Shown here in pieces: positions 1 to 13,569 of a DNA stretch of 15,531 nucleotides. The notes under the pieces are model-generated. The model searched no databases and was not told the DNA's origin. It worked only from the letters and a program-made list of their open reading frames with translations. Origin of the DNA: a virus; the UHGV virus genome UHGV-1641076; one strand, 5' to 3'. A program made the translations under genes and the position numbers. How positions within the stretch are numbered: position 1 is the first letter of the stretch; each line of letters starts with the position of its first letter.

Positions 1-154
1 GCCAGGTAACCGGCTCACCTTTTTCGTTCTGCTCATTACAGAAAAAATAACGTTCTCCACCGACCTCTGTCAGGTCGATTTCCCAGAGCACCACGCTGGC
101 CGACTGCTCCGCACGGGTGCATTCATTCAGTGTTTCCTGCCGGATATCCTGCAT
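1..154 (-). CDS. L: Tail tip assembly protein L, N-terminal part only (gene runs off the window start)
   Basis: Minus-strand ATG at 154..152 overlaps the M stop (ATGA). Translation from 154 downward reads MQDIRQETLNECTRAEQSASVVLWEIDLTEVGGERYFF..., matching my recall of the lambda gpL N-terminus. Truncated by the window edge. Confidence 0.85.
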   Translation of the reverse strand, partial: MQDIRQETLNECTRAEQSASVVLWEIDLTEVGGERYFFCNEQNEKGEPVTW

Positions 155-483
155 CAGTTCACCACCTGTTCAAACTCTGCGCTGAACTCAACACGCAGCA
201 TACTGACCCGCGACGACCATTTTGCGCAGGTCACCTTTATCTGCCGCCACTCATAAGGCGGCGTCCACAGAAAGGCTTTCCAGCCCCCGTGCTCTTCCAG
301 AAACGACTCCAGTACCGTGGCCTCCTCACGGGGGACAGAAAGCGTCACGCTGTACGTTTTCAGGTTGGCATTCAGCCCGGCAGGCGCTCGCTGGGAATAG
401 CCATCACCAAAGCGCACCTTTCTTACAGAAGGGACCGAAGCCACATCCATACCGGGTTTCACTTTCCAGCGGAAGGTCTTCAT
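154..483 (-). CDS. M: Tail tip protein M (109 aa)
   Basis: 109-aa ORF MKTFRWKVKPGMDVASV... with the same length and position as lambda gpM. Its start overlaps the H stop and its stop overlaps the L start. Confidence 0.9.
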   Translation of the reverse strand: MKTFRWKVKPGMDVASVPSVRKVRFGDGYSQRAPAGLNANLKTYSVTLSVPREEATVLESFLEEHGGWKAFLWTPPYEWRQIKVTCAKWSSRVSMLRVEFSAEFEQVVN

Positions 484-3041
484 CGTCCACCTCCGGAGAA
501 CAGGCCACCATCACGCATCTGTGTCTGAATTTCATCGCGGGCACCCTTGCGGGCCATGTCATACACTGCTTTCATCATCTGTGGACCTGGCAGACCATTC
601 GTACCGTCGTTCTGAATCACCACGTTGTTGTTCTGCTCAAACCTGATACCCTCTGAACGCCGCATTTGCGCCGGACTTCCGGTGCCACCGACATAACCGC
701 CGGTGGCATAGCCGCGCATCAGCCGGTAGAGATTTCCCACGCCAATCCGGCTGGTTGCCTCCTTCGTGAAGACAAATTCACCACGGTGAACAATCCCCGC
801 TGGCTCATATTTGCCGCCGGTTCCCGTAAATCCTCCGGTTGCAAAATGGAATTTCGCCGCAGCGGCCTGAATGGCTGTACCGCCTGACGCGGATGCGCCG
901 CCACCAACAGCCCCGCCAATGGCGCTGCCGATACTCCCGACAATCCCCACCATTGCCTGCTTAAGCAGAATTTCTGTCATCATGGACAGCACGGAACGGG
1001 TGAAGCTGCGCCAGTTCTGCTCACTGCCGGTCAGCATCGCCGCCATATTCTGTGCAATACCATCAAAGGTCTGCGTGGCTGCACTTTTAACCTGCGACAT
1101 ACTGTCCGTGGCGCTCTCTTCCCACTCACTCCAGCCGGACTTCAGGCCTGCCATCCAGCTCCCGCGAAGCTGGTCTTCAGCCGCCCAGGTCTTTTTCTGC
1201 TCTGACATGACGTTATTCAGCGCCAGCGGATTATCGCCATACTGTTCCTTCAGGCGCTGTTCCGTGGCTTCCCGTTCTGCCTGCCGGTCAGTCAGCCCCC
1301 GGCTTTTCGCATCAATGGCGGCCCGTTTTGCCCGTTGCTGCTGTGCGAATTTATCCGCCTGCTGCGCCAGCGCGTTCAGGCGCTCCTGATACGTAACCTT
1401 GTCGCCAAGTGCAGCCAGCTGGCGTTTGTACTCCAGCGTCTCATCTTTATGCGCCAGCAGGGATTTCTCCTGTGCAGACAGCTGGCGACGTTGCGCCGCC
1501 TCCTCCAGTACCGCGAACTGGCTCTCCGCCTTCCACAAATCCCGGCGCTGCTGGCTGATTTTCTCATTTGCTCCGGCATGCTTCTCCAGCGTCCGGAGTT
1601 CAGCCTGAAGCGTCAGCAGGGCAGCATGAGCACTGTCTTCCTGACGATCGCCCGCAGACACCTTCACGCCGGACTGTTTCGGCTTTTTCAGCGTCGCTTC
1701 ATAATCCTTTTTCGCCGCCGCCATCAGCGTGTTGTAATCCGCCTGCAGGATTTTCCCGTCTTTCAGTGCCTTGTTCAGTTCTTCCTGACGGGCGGTATAT
1801 TTCTCCAGCGGCGTCTGCAGCCGTTCGTAAGCCTTCTGCGCCTCTTCGGTATATTTCAGCTGTGACGCTTCAGTATCGCTCTGCTGCTGCGCATTTTTGT
1901 CCTGTTGAGTCTGCTGCTCAGCCTTCTTTCGGGCGGCTTCAAGCGCAAGACGGGCCTTTTCACGATCATCCCAGTAACGCGCCCGCGCTTCATCGTTAAC
2001 AAAATAATCATCCTTGCGCAGATTCCAGATGTCGTCTGCTTTCTTAAACGCAGCCTCTGCCTTAATCAGCATCTCCTGAGCGGTATCAGGACGACCAATA
2101 TCCAGCACCGCATCCCACATGGATTTGAATGCCCGTGCTGTCCTGTCTGCCCAGGTTTCCAGCGTGCCCATGTTCTCTTTCAGGCGTCGGGTCTGGTCAT
2201 CAAACCCTTTCGTTGCGGCCTCGTTCGCCGCCTGCAATGCCCCGGCTTCATCGCCGGAACGCTGCAACTGAGCAACATACGCAATCTGCTCCGCCGTCAC
2301 GTTATGGAACTGGCGTGCCATCGCCGTCAGCCCCGACGTCGGGTCTGTGGTCAGCTTCCCGAAGGCTTCAGCGACCTTGTCCACCTCCACGCCGGATGCA
2401 GAGGAGAAACGCGCCACACTCTGGCTGATGGACGCAATCTGAGCCTCACCGCTTACCCCCGCCTTAACCAGTGCGCTGAGTGACTCGCTGGTCTGGTTAA
2501 ACGTCAGCCCTGCCGCCTGCCCGGCTCTGGACAGGACCAGCATACGATCTGCCGTCAGTCCCGCCTGATTGCCGGAAAGGACCAGCGTTTTGTTGAAATC
2601 GGACAGGGTTGAGTTGCCCTGATACCAGGCATACGCCAGCGCTCCGGTCGCCACCGCCAGCGAGGTGGCCCCCACCATCGGCAGGGTGATCGCACCGGCA
2701 AGCCCCCGGAACATGGGGATCATCCCGCCGAAGGAGTCCTTCACCTGACCCCCCTGTTGCAGCAGGATCAGCCACGGACTTTGCCCGCCTGCAAGCTGCG
2801 TGGCCACGTCAGTGAACTGCGCAGGCAGCATACGCATGGCGGCTTTATACTGCCCGACGGAAATTCCCGCTTTCTGTGCAGCCAGCGCCTGCCGGTTCAT
2901 CGACTGTTCAACGACTGCCGCTGTTTTTTTCGCATCACTTTCCGTACCGGAAAAATGACGCCTGACTCTGGCCATCTGCTCGTCAAATCTGGCCGCATCC
3001 AGACTCAAATCAACGACCAGATCGCCTACCGGTTCAGCCAT
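480..3041 (-). CDS. H: Tail tape measure protein H (853 aa)
   Basis: 853-aa ORF, the same length as lambda gpH. It has a long Ala/Gln/Glu/Lys/Arg-rich helical middle, a Gly-rich hydrophobic segment near the C-terminus (GIVGSIGSAIGGAVGGGASASGG), and sits between T and M. Confidence 0.93.
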   Translation of the reverse strand: MAEPVGDLVVDLSLDAARFDEQMARVRRHFSGTESDAKKTAAVVEQSMNRQALAAQKAGISVGQYKAAMRMLPAQFTDVATQLAGGQSPWLILLQQGGQVKDSFGGMIPMFRGLAGAITLPMVGATSLAVATGALAYAWYQGNSTLSDFNKTLVLSGNQAGLTADRMLVLSRAGQAAGLTFNQTSESLSALVKAGVSGEAQIASISQSVARFSSASGVEVDKVAEAFGKLTTDPTSGLTAMARQFHNVTAEQIAYVAQLQRSGDEAGALQAANEAATKGFDDQTRRLKENMGTLETWADRTARAFKSMWDAVLDIGRPDTAQEMLIKAEAAFKKADDIWNLRKDDYFVNDEARARYWDDREKARLALEAARKKAEQQTQQDKNAQQQSDTEASQLKYTEEAQKAYERLQTPLEKYTARQEELNKALKDGKILQADYNTLMAAAKKDYEATLKKPKQSGVKVSAGDRQEDSAHAALLTLQAELRTLEKHAGANEKISQQRRDLWKAESQFAVLEEAAQRRQLSAQEKSLLAHKDETLEYKRQLAALGDKVTYQERLNALAQQADKFAQQQRAKRAAIDAKSRGLTDRQAEREATEQRLKEQYGDNPLALNNVMSEQKKTWAAEDQLRGSWMAGLKSGWSEWEESATDSMSQVKSAATQTFDGIAQNMAAMLTGSEQNWRSFTRSVLSMMTEILLKQAMVGIVGSIGSAIGGAVGGGASASGGTAIQAAAAKFHFATGGFTGTGGKYEPAGIVHRGEFVFTKEATSRIGVGNLYRLMRGYATGGYVGGTGSPAQMRRSEGIRFEQNNNVVIQNDGTNGLPGPQMMKAVYDMARKGARDEIQTQMRDGGLFSGGGR

Positions 3042-3872
3042 ACCGGACTCCTCCTGCGATCCCTTCTGATACTGTCATCAGCATTACGTCATCCTCCGTC
3101 ATGTCCGCCACATCCGGGGAAGCGGGGATAACTTCATTCCCGTCCGGGCCAAAGCAGACGCCTCCGGCAAGCCCTGCCGCTTTCTGCATCAGCACATCAT
3201 CTTCAGGCTCTTCGTCAGCCTCGCGCCGGTTCAGCAGACTGAAATCCAGCGGATGCATATCCGGATCGCTGAAAAACAGGCTGAGTACGGTGTACGTCAG
3301 CCCGGAAAAGTGCATATCCAGCAGAACATCATGAAAATAATGGGTACTGTAAAAGCGGTGCCAGTCGGCATACTCCGTGGATGACATCCCGGCAAGCATG
3401 GCGCGCCAGTCGGGTCGCCCCATCTCACGCGCCAGTTTCAGGGCAAAACTCAGCTCACCGTCGAACACTTTCCCGCAGAAACAGGCTCTGCTGGCCCGGC
3501 GTCATCTGCCTGTTCAGGTGCATCATTCACAACAAACTCAGACATACCGGACAGACGCATTACCACATTTTCAGCCTGAGCAATTGCCTCTGTGGGCCAG
3601 GTGGTAAGCACTTCCTGCTCAATTTGTTTAACGGCTTCATTCATGGACGGCATCTTTGTCTTCTGCGGATGGCTATGCCACAGGGACATCGCCACCAGAA
3701 AAGCACCGGTTCTGACGAGATCTTCCACGCTCACCTGTCGATTGAGACTGGATCCCGCCTGTTCTGCCTGTCGTTTCAGCAGGGCGAGATGCTCAATTCG
3801 CTGCAGGGCTGACAGTTCAGAAAGCGTGACGCTCACACCGTTATATTCAAATGATTCGGTTTTCAGGAACAT
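3034..3872 (-). CDS. G-T: Tail assembly chaperone G-T fusion, made by a programmed -1 ribosomal frameshift (G frame 3450..3872, T frame 3034..3468)
   Basis: Two overlapping minus-strand ORFs of 140 aa (G) and 144 aa (T) in -1 register. The slippery heptamer GGGAAAG is present at 3469..3475 (plus strand reads ctttccc), at the 3' end of G. Confidence 0.85.
3450..3872 (-). CDS. G: Tail assembly chaperone G (140 aa)
   Basis: 140-aa ORF MFLKTESFEYNGVSVTLSELSALQRIEHLALLKRQ..., same length and position as lambda gpG, immediately after V. Confidence 0.9.
   Translation of the reverse strand: MFLKTESFEYNGVSVTLSELSALQRIEHLALLKRQAEQAGSSLNRQVSVEDLVRTGAFLVAMSLWHSHPQKTKMPSMNEAVKQIEQEVLTTWPTEAIAQAENVVMRLSGMSEFVVNDAPEQADDAGPAEPVSAGKCSTVS
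3469..3475 (-). other. Slippery heptanucleotide G GGA AAG for the G to G-T -1 frameshift
   Basis: Exact GGGAAAG on the minus strand, 2 codons before the G stop, where the T frame opens. Confidence 0.8.
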
Positions 3873-3887
3873 CGCTGACTCTCCGGA

Positions 3888-4628
3888 TTAACTGTCGGTG
3901 ACGGTGATTTCTGCAACCGCAGCAAACTCACCATTACCGGATACAACCGGAATGTTGACCTTGCCTGCAGCAACACCTTTCACGGTGATGGTCATACCAC
4001 TGACCGACACGGTGGCTTTTGTTTTATCCGCAGACACCGCACGGAAGCTCTTGTCGGTTGCGCCTTCCGGCTGGAATGCCACGGTCAGCGTGGTGCTCTG
4101 CCCTTTCACCACCGAAGTGCTGGCAGGCGTCACGGTCATGCCGGTTGCCACTGTTACCGTGCTGCGATCTTCTGCCATCGACGGACGTCCCACATTGGTG
4201 ACTTTCACCGTGCGGGTGATCACTTCCTTCGCCGTCACCGCCTTACCGATACTGCTGACCCAGCCGCGGAACACATCGACCGTGCCGTTCGGGAAGCGGA
4301 TTTTATAGGCACGGGTATCCCCTTCATTAAACCACGCCAGCAGCGCCTGCTGCCCCTGCTCTCCGGGCATCCACGCCAGCGTGAAGCTGGTATCTCCGGC
4401 AGATTTCTGCCCCTGCCCGGTCGCAGTCCAGTCCGCATCTTCATCATCGAGATAGCTGTCGTCATAGGACTCAGCGGTCAGTTCGCCGGGCGTCAGGTCT
4501 TTAACTTTAGCCAGACGCGACCAGTCAACGTCTGAAAGCGGGTTCGCATAAGGGTCACCGCTCCCGTTATAAACCCACAGGGTGGTCCCGGCCCCTTTCA
4601 CCGGTGCCAGAGGATTTGGTGTTGGCAT
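3888..4628 (-). CDS. V: Major tail tube protein V (246 aa) with a C-terminal Ig-like domain
   Basis: The track ORF is 256 aa. The likely start is the internal ATG at 4628 ([20 protein letters not shown]...), which gives 246 aa and the lambda-like 7-nt gap after U. The C-terminal ~90 aa are Thr/Val/Ser-rich and beta-like, consistent with the Ig-like domain of lambda gpV. Confidence 0.9.
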   Translation of the reverse strand: MPTPNPLAPVKGAGTTLWVYNGSGDPYANPLSDVDWSRLAKVKDLTPGELTAESYDDSYLDDEDADWTATGQGQKSAGDTSFTLAWMPGEQGQQALLAWFNEGDTRAYKIRFPNGTVDVFRGWVSSIGKAVTAKEVITRTVKVTNVGRPSMAEDRSTVTVATGMTVTPASTSVVKGQSTTLTVAFQPEGATDKSFRAVSADKTKATVSVSGMTITVKGVAAGKVNIPVVSGNGEFAAVAEITVTDS

Positions 4629-4635
4629 ATCGTCC

Positions 4636-5031
4636 TCACATTTCATAGGTAATGACATAAGTCAGATCGGCTGAACTCCACAGGCCCGCATCATCGTCGC
4701 GCCGGTAGTCATAGCCACTGGCCACCATACTGGTGATCAAATCTGACAGTGCCGGGATATCGCTCATCACCGGATAAATCCGGGACTCCATCCACGCATC
4801 CAGCTCTGAATCCGGCACCTGAGCAGGCAGGAAAACTTCGATATGCAGCTCCGCCTGCCAGGTATCGCTGTCCAGCTCTTCGCCCGTGTATTCAGCGCCG
4901 GTGAGATAAACGGCAATTGCCGGAAAATCCGCCTCATCAAAAACAGCGGGGCGACCATCAAAAAGCGTCGCCCCGGTGTCATGCTTCTCCAGTGCATCCA
5001 GTACGGCTGCACGGAGTTCAGTATGTTTCAT
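4636..5031 (-). CDS. U: Tail terminator protein U (131 aa)
   Basis: 131-aa [29 protein letters not shown]..., same length and position as lambda gpU. Its start overlaps the Z stop. Confidence 0.9.
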   Translation of the reverse strand: MKHTELRAAVLDALEKHDTGATLFDGRPAVFDEADFPAIAVYLTGAEYTGEELDSDTWQAELHIEVFLPAQVPDSELDAWMESRIYPVMSDIPALSDLITSMVASGYDYRRDDDAGLWSSADLTYVITYEM

Positions 5032-5606
5032 CGCTTTATTACCATTCTCAGTTGATGCTGCAGCGCATAGCCCAGCTCTTTCGGAAGACGTTCACGCCGT
5101 ATCCGTTCAATATTCTGTTTAAACGCCGTGGTAAGCGGCACCGCCATCGGGATTTTCACCACATCAATGGGGTAACGGTTTTTCCCGGCCACACGCTGCA
5201 TGACATGCCACCGGCCATTTTTCAGTTGCTGAATAAACGCGCCGGGAATACGACGGTTTCCCACCACAAGCACGCTGCCGCCACCTTTCAGGGATGAACG
5301 CTGCCCCTTTTTACGACGCCTGCGGCGCGAAAGGACAACCCGCGCGTTACCCAGCTTGATTACGGGCAAATCCCCCCGGTTAACCCTGATTCTGGCCTGC
5401 GGATTTTTGACCGTGGCCCTTTTCAGCCTGGCCCTTTCCTTTACCAGTTTCCGGCGTACCTTTGTCTCACGGGCAACCTGTGCCACCGACTGCGATATCG
5501 CGGATGAAGCAACGCGGTTAATGGCCATTGCGGCGGCACCGGGCACCGCCGTTCTGCTGATACGGCTGAGGTTTTCAACGGCCTGCTCAAGACCTTTTAT
5601 GGCCAT
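5028..5606 (-). CDS. Z: Tail completion protein Z (192 aa)
   Basis: 192-aa ORF with a strongly basic RRRRRKKGQR segment, same length and position as lambda gpZ. Confidence 0.9.
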   Translation of the reverse strand: MAIKGLEQAVENLSRISRTAVPGAAAMAINRVASSAISQSVAQVARETKVRRKLVKERARLKRATVKNPQARIRVNRGDLPVIKLGNARVVLSRRRRRKKGQRSSLKGGGSVLVVGNRRIPGAFIQQLKNGRWHVMQRVAGKNRYPIDVVKIPMAVPLTTAFKQNIERIRRERLPKELGYALQHQLRMVIKR

Positions 5607-5617
5607 ACATCCCCCTT

Positions 5618-5971
5618 TCAGCGGCGACGGTTAACGGCAGGCGGTACGCCCCGCCCAAGCCAGAGATGACAGCTTCCGCCATCATCCGGCGAAATCCGGT
5701 CTATCCAGAAGTTTTCCTCACCGATGGTCAGCGTGTCGCCGCGCCGCAGCTGCCGCACATCATCAGTCCGGACAAACAGGGACGGGCTGGAGCCTTCAAC
5801 GCGCACGCCCTGTCCGGCATAGCTGATATTTTCAGGGTCATCAAAAACACCACGTATCACAGCACCGGACTGCTCACCGGATGTCATGGTGGCTGACGTT
5901 CCCATGTACCCGCGTATCGTTTCATCAGCGCGGGCAATGGCAGCATCGAACAGGTTATCGAAATCAGCCAC
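5618..5971 (-). CDS. FII: Head-tail joining protein FII (117 aa)
   Basis: 117-aa ORF MADFDNLFDAAIARADETIRGYMG..., same length and position as lambda gpFII. Confidence 0.9.
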   Translation of the reverse strand: MADFDNLFDAAIARADETIRGYMGTSATMTSGEQSGAVIRGVFDDPENISYAGQGVRVEGSSPSLFVRTDDVRQLRRGDTLTIGEENFWIDRISPDDGGSCHLWLGRGVPPAVNRRR

Positions 5972-5982
5972 AGCGCCTCCCG

Positions 5983-6369
5983 TTATTGCATTCTGGCCAG
6001 GCCACGTTCTGTCATTTCGGCTGCCACACCGGCAGAGACACGAAACGCCGTTCCCGGCAGCACAAATGCCACAGGTTCATCCCGCGTGGCGTGAAGTGCA
6101 TCGGTATGCAGCGTCACCAGTGCCACAACCGTGACCAGAGCAGCCGTATCAGTCACGGTATCCGGCTGCGCTGATACCACCTCATTTTCATGTCCGGTCA
6201 GCGCATTTTCCGGGCTGAGAGGGGTATCCTGATCGGCAGTGTCATCAAGCTCCTCTTCCAGCTCTGCCACACGGAGCGCCAGTTCTTCTTTCGTTCCCGT
6301 CAAACTGACATCGCGGTTCAGTTGCTCACCCAGCTCCTGAAGACGGGCAATCAGTTCATCTTTCGTCAT
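5983..6369 (-). CDS. FI: DNA packaging / head completion protein FI (about 128 aa from the internal ATG)
   Basis: The track ORF is 141 aa from an upstream start. The likely true start is the ATG at 6369 (MTKDELIARLQELGEQLNRD...), which leaves the same 41-nt gap after E as in lambda. Confidence 0.85.
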   Translation of the reverse strand: MTKDELIARLQELGEQLNRDVSLTGTKEELALRVAELEEELDDTADQDTPLSPENALTGHENEVVSAQPDTVTDTAALVTVVALVTLHTDALHATRDEPVAFVLPGTAFRVSAGVAAEMTERGLARMQ

Positions 6370-6410
6370 GAACTCCTCCACAGAGAGAAAATGGCCCCGA
6401 AGGGCCATGA

Positions 6411-7436
6411 TTACGCCAGTTGTACGGACACGAACGCATCAGGATCAGCCAGCAGCATCAGCGGTGCTGACTGAATCATGGTGAACTCACGCGCCGGATC
6501 GCCGGTGGTCACCCAGTTTTTCGGGTAGCGGGCAGAGGCGTTAATACCTTCGCGCTGTGCGTCCGCATCCTGAATGCAGCCATAGGTGCGCAGACCGCGT
6601 GCCTGAGTGTTTCCCAGCACCATCGTGTTGTCCGGCAGGAAGTTCTTTTTGACGTCGTTTTCCACGTACTGTCCGGAATACACGACGATCGCCGTATCGC
6701 CATACATCCCCTTATAGGACACCGCTTCGCCCAGGTCTTTTACCGCTGTCTCCAGCTCGGAATTAGAGCCGCGACGGGTATCCAGCTTCTCCTTGACGGC
6801 TTTGAAGGAACGGAACAGCGCCCAGCCTTTCGGATCAAACACGATGATATTCACCACGCCGCTGGCGTTCAGCGCGTAGGCTTCGATATCGTCGGTCGGG
6901 TCATACGTGGACTTGTCACGCTTGCTCCACTCCGTGCCGCCGGACTGCGTGATGTTGTTCGCCGCACTGCGGCCCATATCCACCTCAACCGGATCGAAGG
7001 CTTCACCGGTCATGGTGTATTTGCCCTTGAGCACGGCAGAAACTGCCTGCATCTCTTCGACCTGAGCAATGGCCAGCTCTTCGTCACGCATGTTCTGCAG
7101 GATGATGCGACGGCGGCGGTAAGCCGGGTCCGCCAGATTCTGCGGATCTTCATCCGGCAGGCGACGCAGGGTCATCTGCGGATTCACCTCATGCTTCGGC
7201 TTGACATAACCCGGCGTAAATTCAGAGGTGGAGCCGCCACGGGAACGGATAACCTCACCGGAAACAATTGGCGAAACGTACAGCGCCATGTTTACCAGTC
7301 CAGGAATTTGTGAGAGATAGACTTTCTCCGTGGTGAAGGGATAGCTCTCACGGAAAAAGAGACGCAGAAACAGCGGATCAAACTTAAATTTCTGCTCATT
7401 TGCCGCCAGCAGCTGGGCGGTTGTGTACATCGACAT
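6411..7436 (-). CDS. E: Major capsid protein E (341 aa)
   Basis: The track ORF is 350 aa. The likely true start is the ATG at 7436 (MSMYTTAQLLAANEQKFKFDPLFLRLFF...), giving 341 aa as in lambda gpE. The sequence matches lambda E in my recall. Confidence 0.93.
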   Translation of the reverse strand: MSMYTTAQLLAANEQKFKFDPLFLRLFFRESYPFTTEKVYLSQIPGLVNMALYVSPIVSGEVIRSRGGSTSEFTPGYVKPKHEVNPQMTLRRLPDEDPQNLADPAYRRRRIILQNMRDEELAIAQVEEMQAVSAVLKGKYTMTGEAFDPVEVDMGRSAANNITQSGGTEWSKRDKSTYDPTDDIEAYALNASGVVNIIVFDPKGWALFRSFKAVKEKLDTRRGSNSELETAVKDLGEAVSYKGMYGDTAIVVYSGQYVENDVKKNFLPDNTMVLGNTQARGLRTYGCIQDADAQREGINASARYPKNWVTTGDPAREFTMIQSAPLMLLADPDAFVSVQLA

Positions 7437-7491
7437 AAAAAAATCCCGTAAAAAAAGCCGCACAGGCGGCCTTTAGTGATGAAGGGTCAGG

Positions 7492-7824
7492 TTAAACGAT
7501 GCTGATTGCCGTTCCGGCAAACGCGGTCCGTTTTTTCGTCTCGTCGCTGGCAGCCTCCGGCCAGAGCACATCCTCATAACGGAACGTGCCGGACTTGTAG
7601 AACGTCAGTGTGGTGCTGGTCTGGTCAGCAGCAACCGCAAGAATGCCAACGGCAGCACCGTCGGTGGTGCCATCCCACGCAACCAGCTTACGGCTGGAGG
7701 TGTCCAGCATCAGCGGGGTCATTGCAGGCGCTTTCGCACTCAATCCGCCGGGCGCGGTTGCGGTATGAGCCGGGTCACTGTTGCCCTGCGGCTGGTAATG
7801 GGTAAAGGTTTCTTTGCTCGTCAT
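7492..7824 (-). CDS. D: Head decoration protein D (110 aa)
   Basis: Likely start at the ATG at 7824 ([27 protein letters not shown]...), giving 110 aa as in lambda gpD. Confidence 0.9.
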
Positions 7825-7833
7825 AAACATCCC

Positions 7834-8439
7834 TTACACTGGTGTGTTCAGCAAATCGTTAACGGCATCAGATGCCGGGTTATCTGCAGCCAGCGGTGCC
7901 GGTGCCCCCTGCATCAGACGATCCAGCGCAGTGTCACTGCGCGCCTGTGCACTCTGTGGTGCTGCGGCCAGAATGCGGCGGGCCGTTTTCACGGTCATAC
8001 CGGGGGTTTCTGCCAGCACGCGTGCCTGTTCTTCGCGTCCGTGAGCCTCCTCACAGTTGAGGATCCCCATAATGCGGCTGTTTTCTGCCGCAACCGCTGC
8101 GGTGATCTGCGCGTTCACGTCCGGCTGCGCCGCGCTGGCGTTCTCGCCCTCCGTCGCTGGCACCACGTCAGTAACGTCAGCCTGCGAAGCAGTGGCTGAA
8201 ACAGTTGTTGATTGAGTCTCTTTGGTCATTCGCCCTCCTGAGAGACGGGATTTACGTGCATCCAGTGCATCACGCATGACGGTGATCGCATCGGTGCTGT
8301 TAACAAGTTCATCAGCCAGTCCGGCATCAATGGCCTCCTGACCGCTGTACACTGCAGCCTCGGTATCCAGCACAGCCTGCACGGACAGGCCGGTATATGC
8401 CGACACCTTCTGTGCAAACATCCGGCGGGTTGCATCCAT
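7834..8439 (-). CDS. Nu3: Scaffolding protein Nu3 (201 aa), nested in-frame in the 3' part of C
   Basis: An in-frame internal ATG gives MDATRRMFAQKVSAYTGLSVQAVL..., 201 aa sharing the C stop. This matches the lambda C/Nu3 arrangement. Confidence 0.8.
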   Translation of the reverse strand: MDATRRMFAQKVSAYTGLSVQAVLDTEAAVYSGQEAIDAGLADELVNSTDAITVMRDALDARKSRLSGGRMTKETQSTTVSATASQADVTDVVPATEGENASAAQPDVNAQITAAVAAENSRIMGILNCEEAHGREEQARVLAETPGMTVKTARRILAAAPQSAQARSDTALDRLMQGAPAPLAADNPASDAVNDLLNTPV

Positions 8440-9133
8440 CCGGGACTGCAGTGTTTCCCGGACATCATCCGGTAGATGGCTGTAGGGGTTGCCATCCACC
8501 TTATGGCTGCCGCTGTAAATCAGCGTGATTTCCACGCCCTGTTTCTCCAGCGCAGCACCGTAATTACTGTGAGCCATCATGACGCCGATGGAGCCTGTCC
8601 GGGCGGTCTGCGTGACCAGACGCCGGGAGGCGGCGCTGGCAAGCAGCTGACCTGCACTGCAGTTCATGTCGTTGGCCAGCGCCCATACCGGTTTTATGTC
8701 TCGCACACGGGCGATGATGTCAGCACAGTCAAATGCTCCCGCCACCATCCCGCCCGGTGTGTCCATATCCAGCAGAATGCCGTCCACCATCGGATCGCTG
8801 GCAGCCTGTTGCAGACGGGCGATAATGCCGTTGTAACCGGTCATTCCCGAATACGGCTGCAGCGCCCGCGTCCGGCTGACCAGCGTACCGGACACCGGCA
8901 GCACGGCGATGCCGTTCATGACCTGATAACTGCGGGCCTGTCGTGGTCCGTCATCATCACCGGATAACGCCAGCGCCGCGGGTGCCTCTCCGGCAGTCAG
9001 GCTGTCGCCGGATACTGCATCCGTCAGGCGGCTGATCCCAAGCTGGCCTGCAAGCGCACAAAAGAAAACCCGCGCATAGGCGGGTTCAAGCATCAGCGGC
9101 TCATTAAAAGCCATGCTGGCAATATGCGGGAGA

Positions 9134-9153
<20 letters not shown>
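7834..9153 (-). CDS. C: Prohead protease / minor capsid protein C (439 aa, S49 ClpP-like family); apparent GTG start
   Basis: A 1320-nt frame whose start overlaps the B stop by 20 nt, exactly as in lambda. The initiation codon at 9153..9151 is GTG, preceded by a GGAGGAG Shine-Dalgarno. The track ORF extends further upstream, probably spuriously. Confidence 0.88.
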
Positions 9154-12834
<3,681 letters not shown>

Positions 12835-12860
<26 letters not shown>

Positions 12861-13380
12861 TCAGCAACCCCGGTATCAGTTCATCCAGCGCGGCTGCTTT
12901 GTTCATGGCTTTGATGATATCCCGTTTCAGGAAATCAACATGTCGGTTTTCCAGTTCCGGAAAACGCCGCTGCACCGACAGGGGGATCCCGTCGAGAATA
13001 CTGGCAATTTCACCTGCGATCCGCGACAACACGAAAGTACAGAATGCGGTTTCCACCACTTCAGCGGAGTCTCTGGCATTCTTCAGTTCCTGTGCGTCGG
13101 CCTGCGCACGCGTAAGTCGATGGCGTTCGTACTCAATAGTTCCTGGCTGGAGATCTGCCTCGCTGGCCTGCCGCAGTTCTTCAACCTCCCGGCGCAGCTT
13201 TTCGTTCTCAATTTCAGCATCCCTTTCGGCATACCATTTTATGACGGCGGCAGAGTCATAAAGCACCTCATTACCCTTGCCACCGCCTCGCAGAACGGGC
13301 ATTCCCTGTTCCTGCCAGTTCTGAATGGTACGGATACTCGCACCGAAAATGTCAGCCAGCTGCTTTTTGTTGACTTCCAT
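12835..13380 (-). CDS. Nu1: Terminase small subunit Nu1 (181 aa)
   Basis: 181-aa ORF MEVNKKQLADIFGASIRTIQNWQEQGMPVLRGGGKGNEVLYD... with an N-terminal winged-HTH DNA-binding region. It is the first gene after cos, as in lambda. Confidence 0.93.
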
Positions 13381-13557
13381 TGTTCATTCCACGGCCAAAA
13401 ACAGAGAAAGGAAACGACAAAGGCCCAAAAGTTCGTTTTCAGCACCTGTCGTTTCCTTTCTTTTCAGGGGGTATTTTAAATAAAAACATTAAGTTACGAC
13501 AAAGAAGAACGGAAACGCCTTAAACCGGAAAATTTTCATAAATAGCGAAAACCCGCG
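13381..13557 (-). promoter_or_regulatory. cosB terminase-binding region: three Nu1-binding R elements (approx R1 13403..13420, R2 13445..13460, R3 13504..13519) and an AT-rich IHF-type site (approx 13461..13503)
   Basis: Three copies of the GGAAACG / CGTTTCC core (R2 inverted relative to R1 and R3), with lambda-like spacing between cosN and Nu1. The reverse complement of this stretch matches my recall of the lambda left end, with a few substitutions. Confidence 0.75.
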
Positions 13558-13569
13558 AGGTCGCCGCCC
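13558..13569 (-). other. cosN: the 12-nt cohesive-end sequence GGGCGGCGACCT (reverse complement of plus-strand aggtcgccgccc)
   Basis: Exact match to the lambda cohesive end. It is flanked by ...GTTACG on the lysis side and CGCGGGTTTTCGCTATTTATGAAAATTTTCC on the Nu1 side. Confidence 0.9.

Noticed and set aside
871-2483. Several long plus-strand ORFs inside H (871..1389, 1335..1865, 1568..1999, 1905..2483, 2129..2428)
   Set aside because: They lie antisense to the well-supported tape measure gene H. Their products are Cys/Arg/Pro-rich and low-complexity with no start context, typical of open antisense frames in GC-rich coding DNA.
7506-8199. Plus-strand ORFs antisense to D and C (7506..7805, 7765..8199, 7814..8044, 7872..8060)
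   Set aside because: Antisense to lambda-identical D and C/Nu3. Their products are Cys/Arg/His-rich, and there are no ribosome-binding sites.
12940-13479. 179-aa plus-strand ORF spanning Nu1 and cosB
   Set aside because: It overlaps Nu1 on the opposite strand and runs through the cosB R sites. It is incompatible with the conserved cos architecture.
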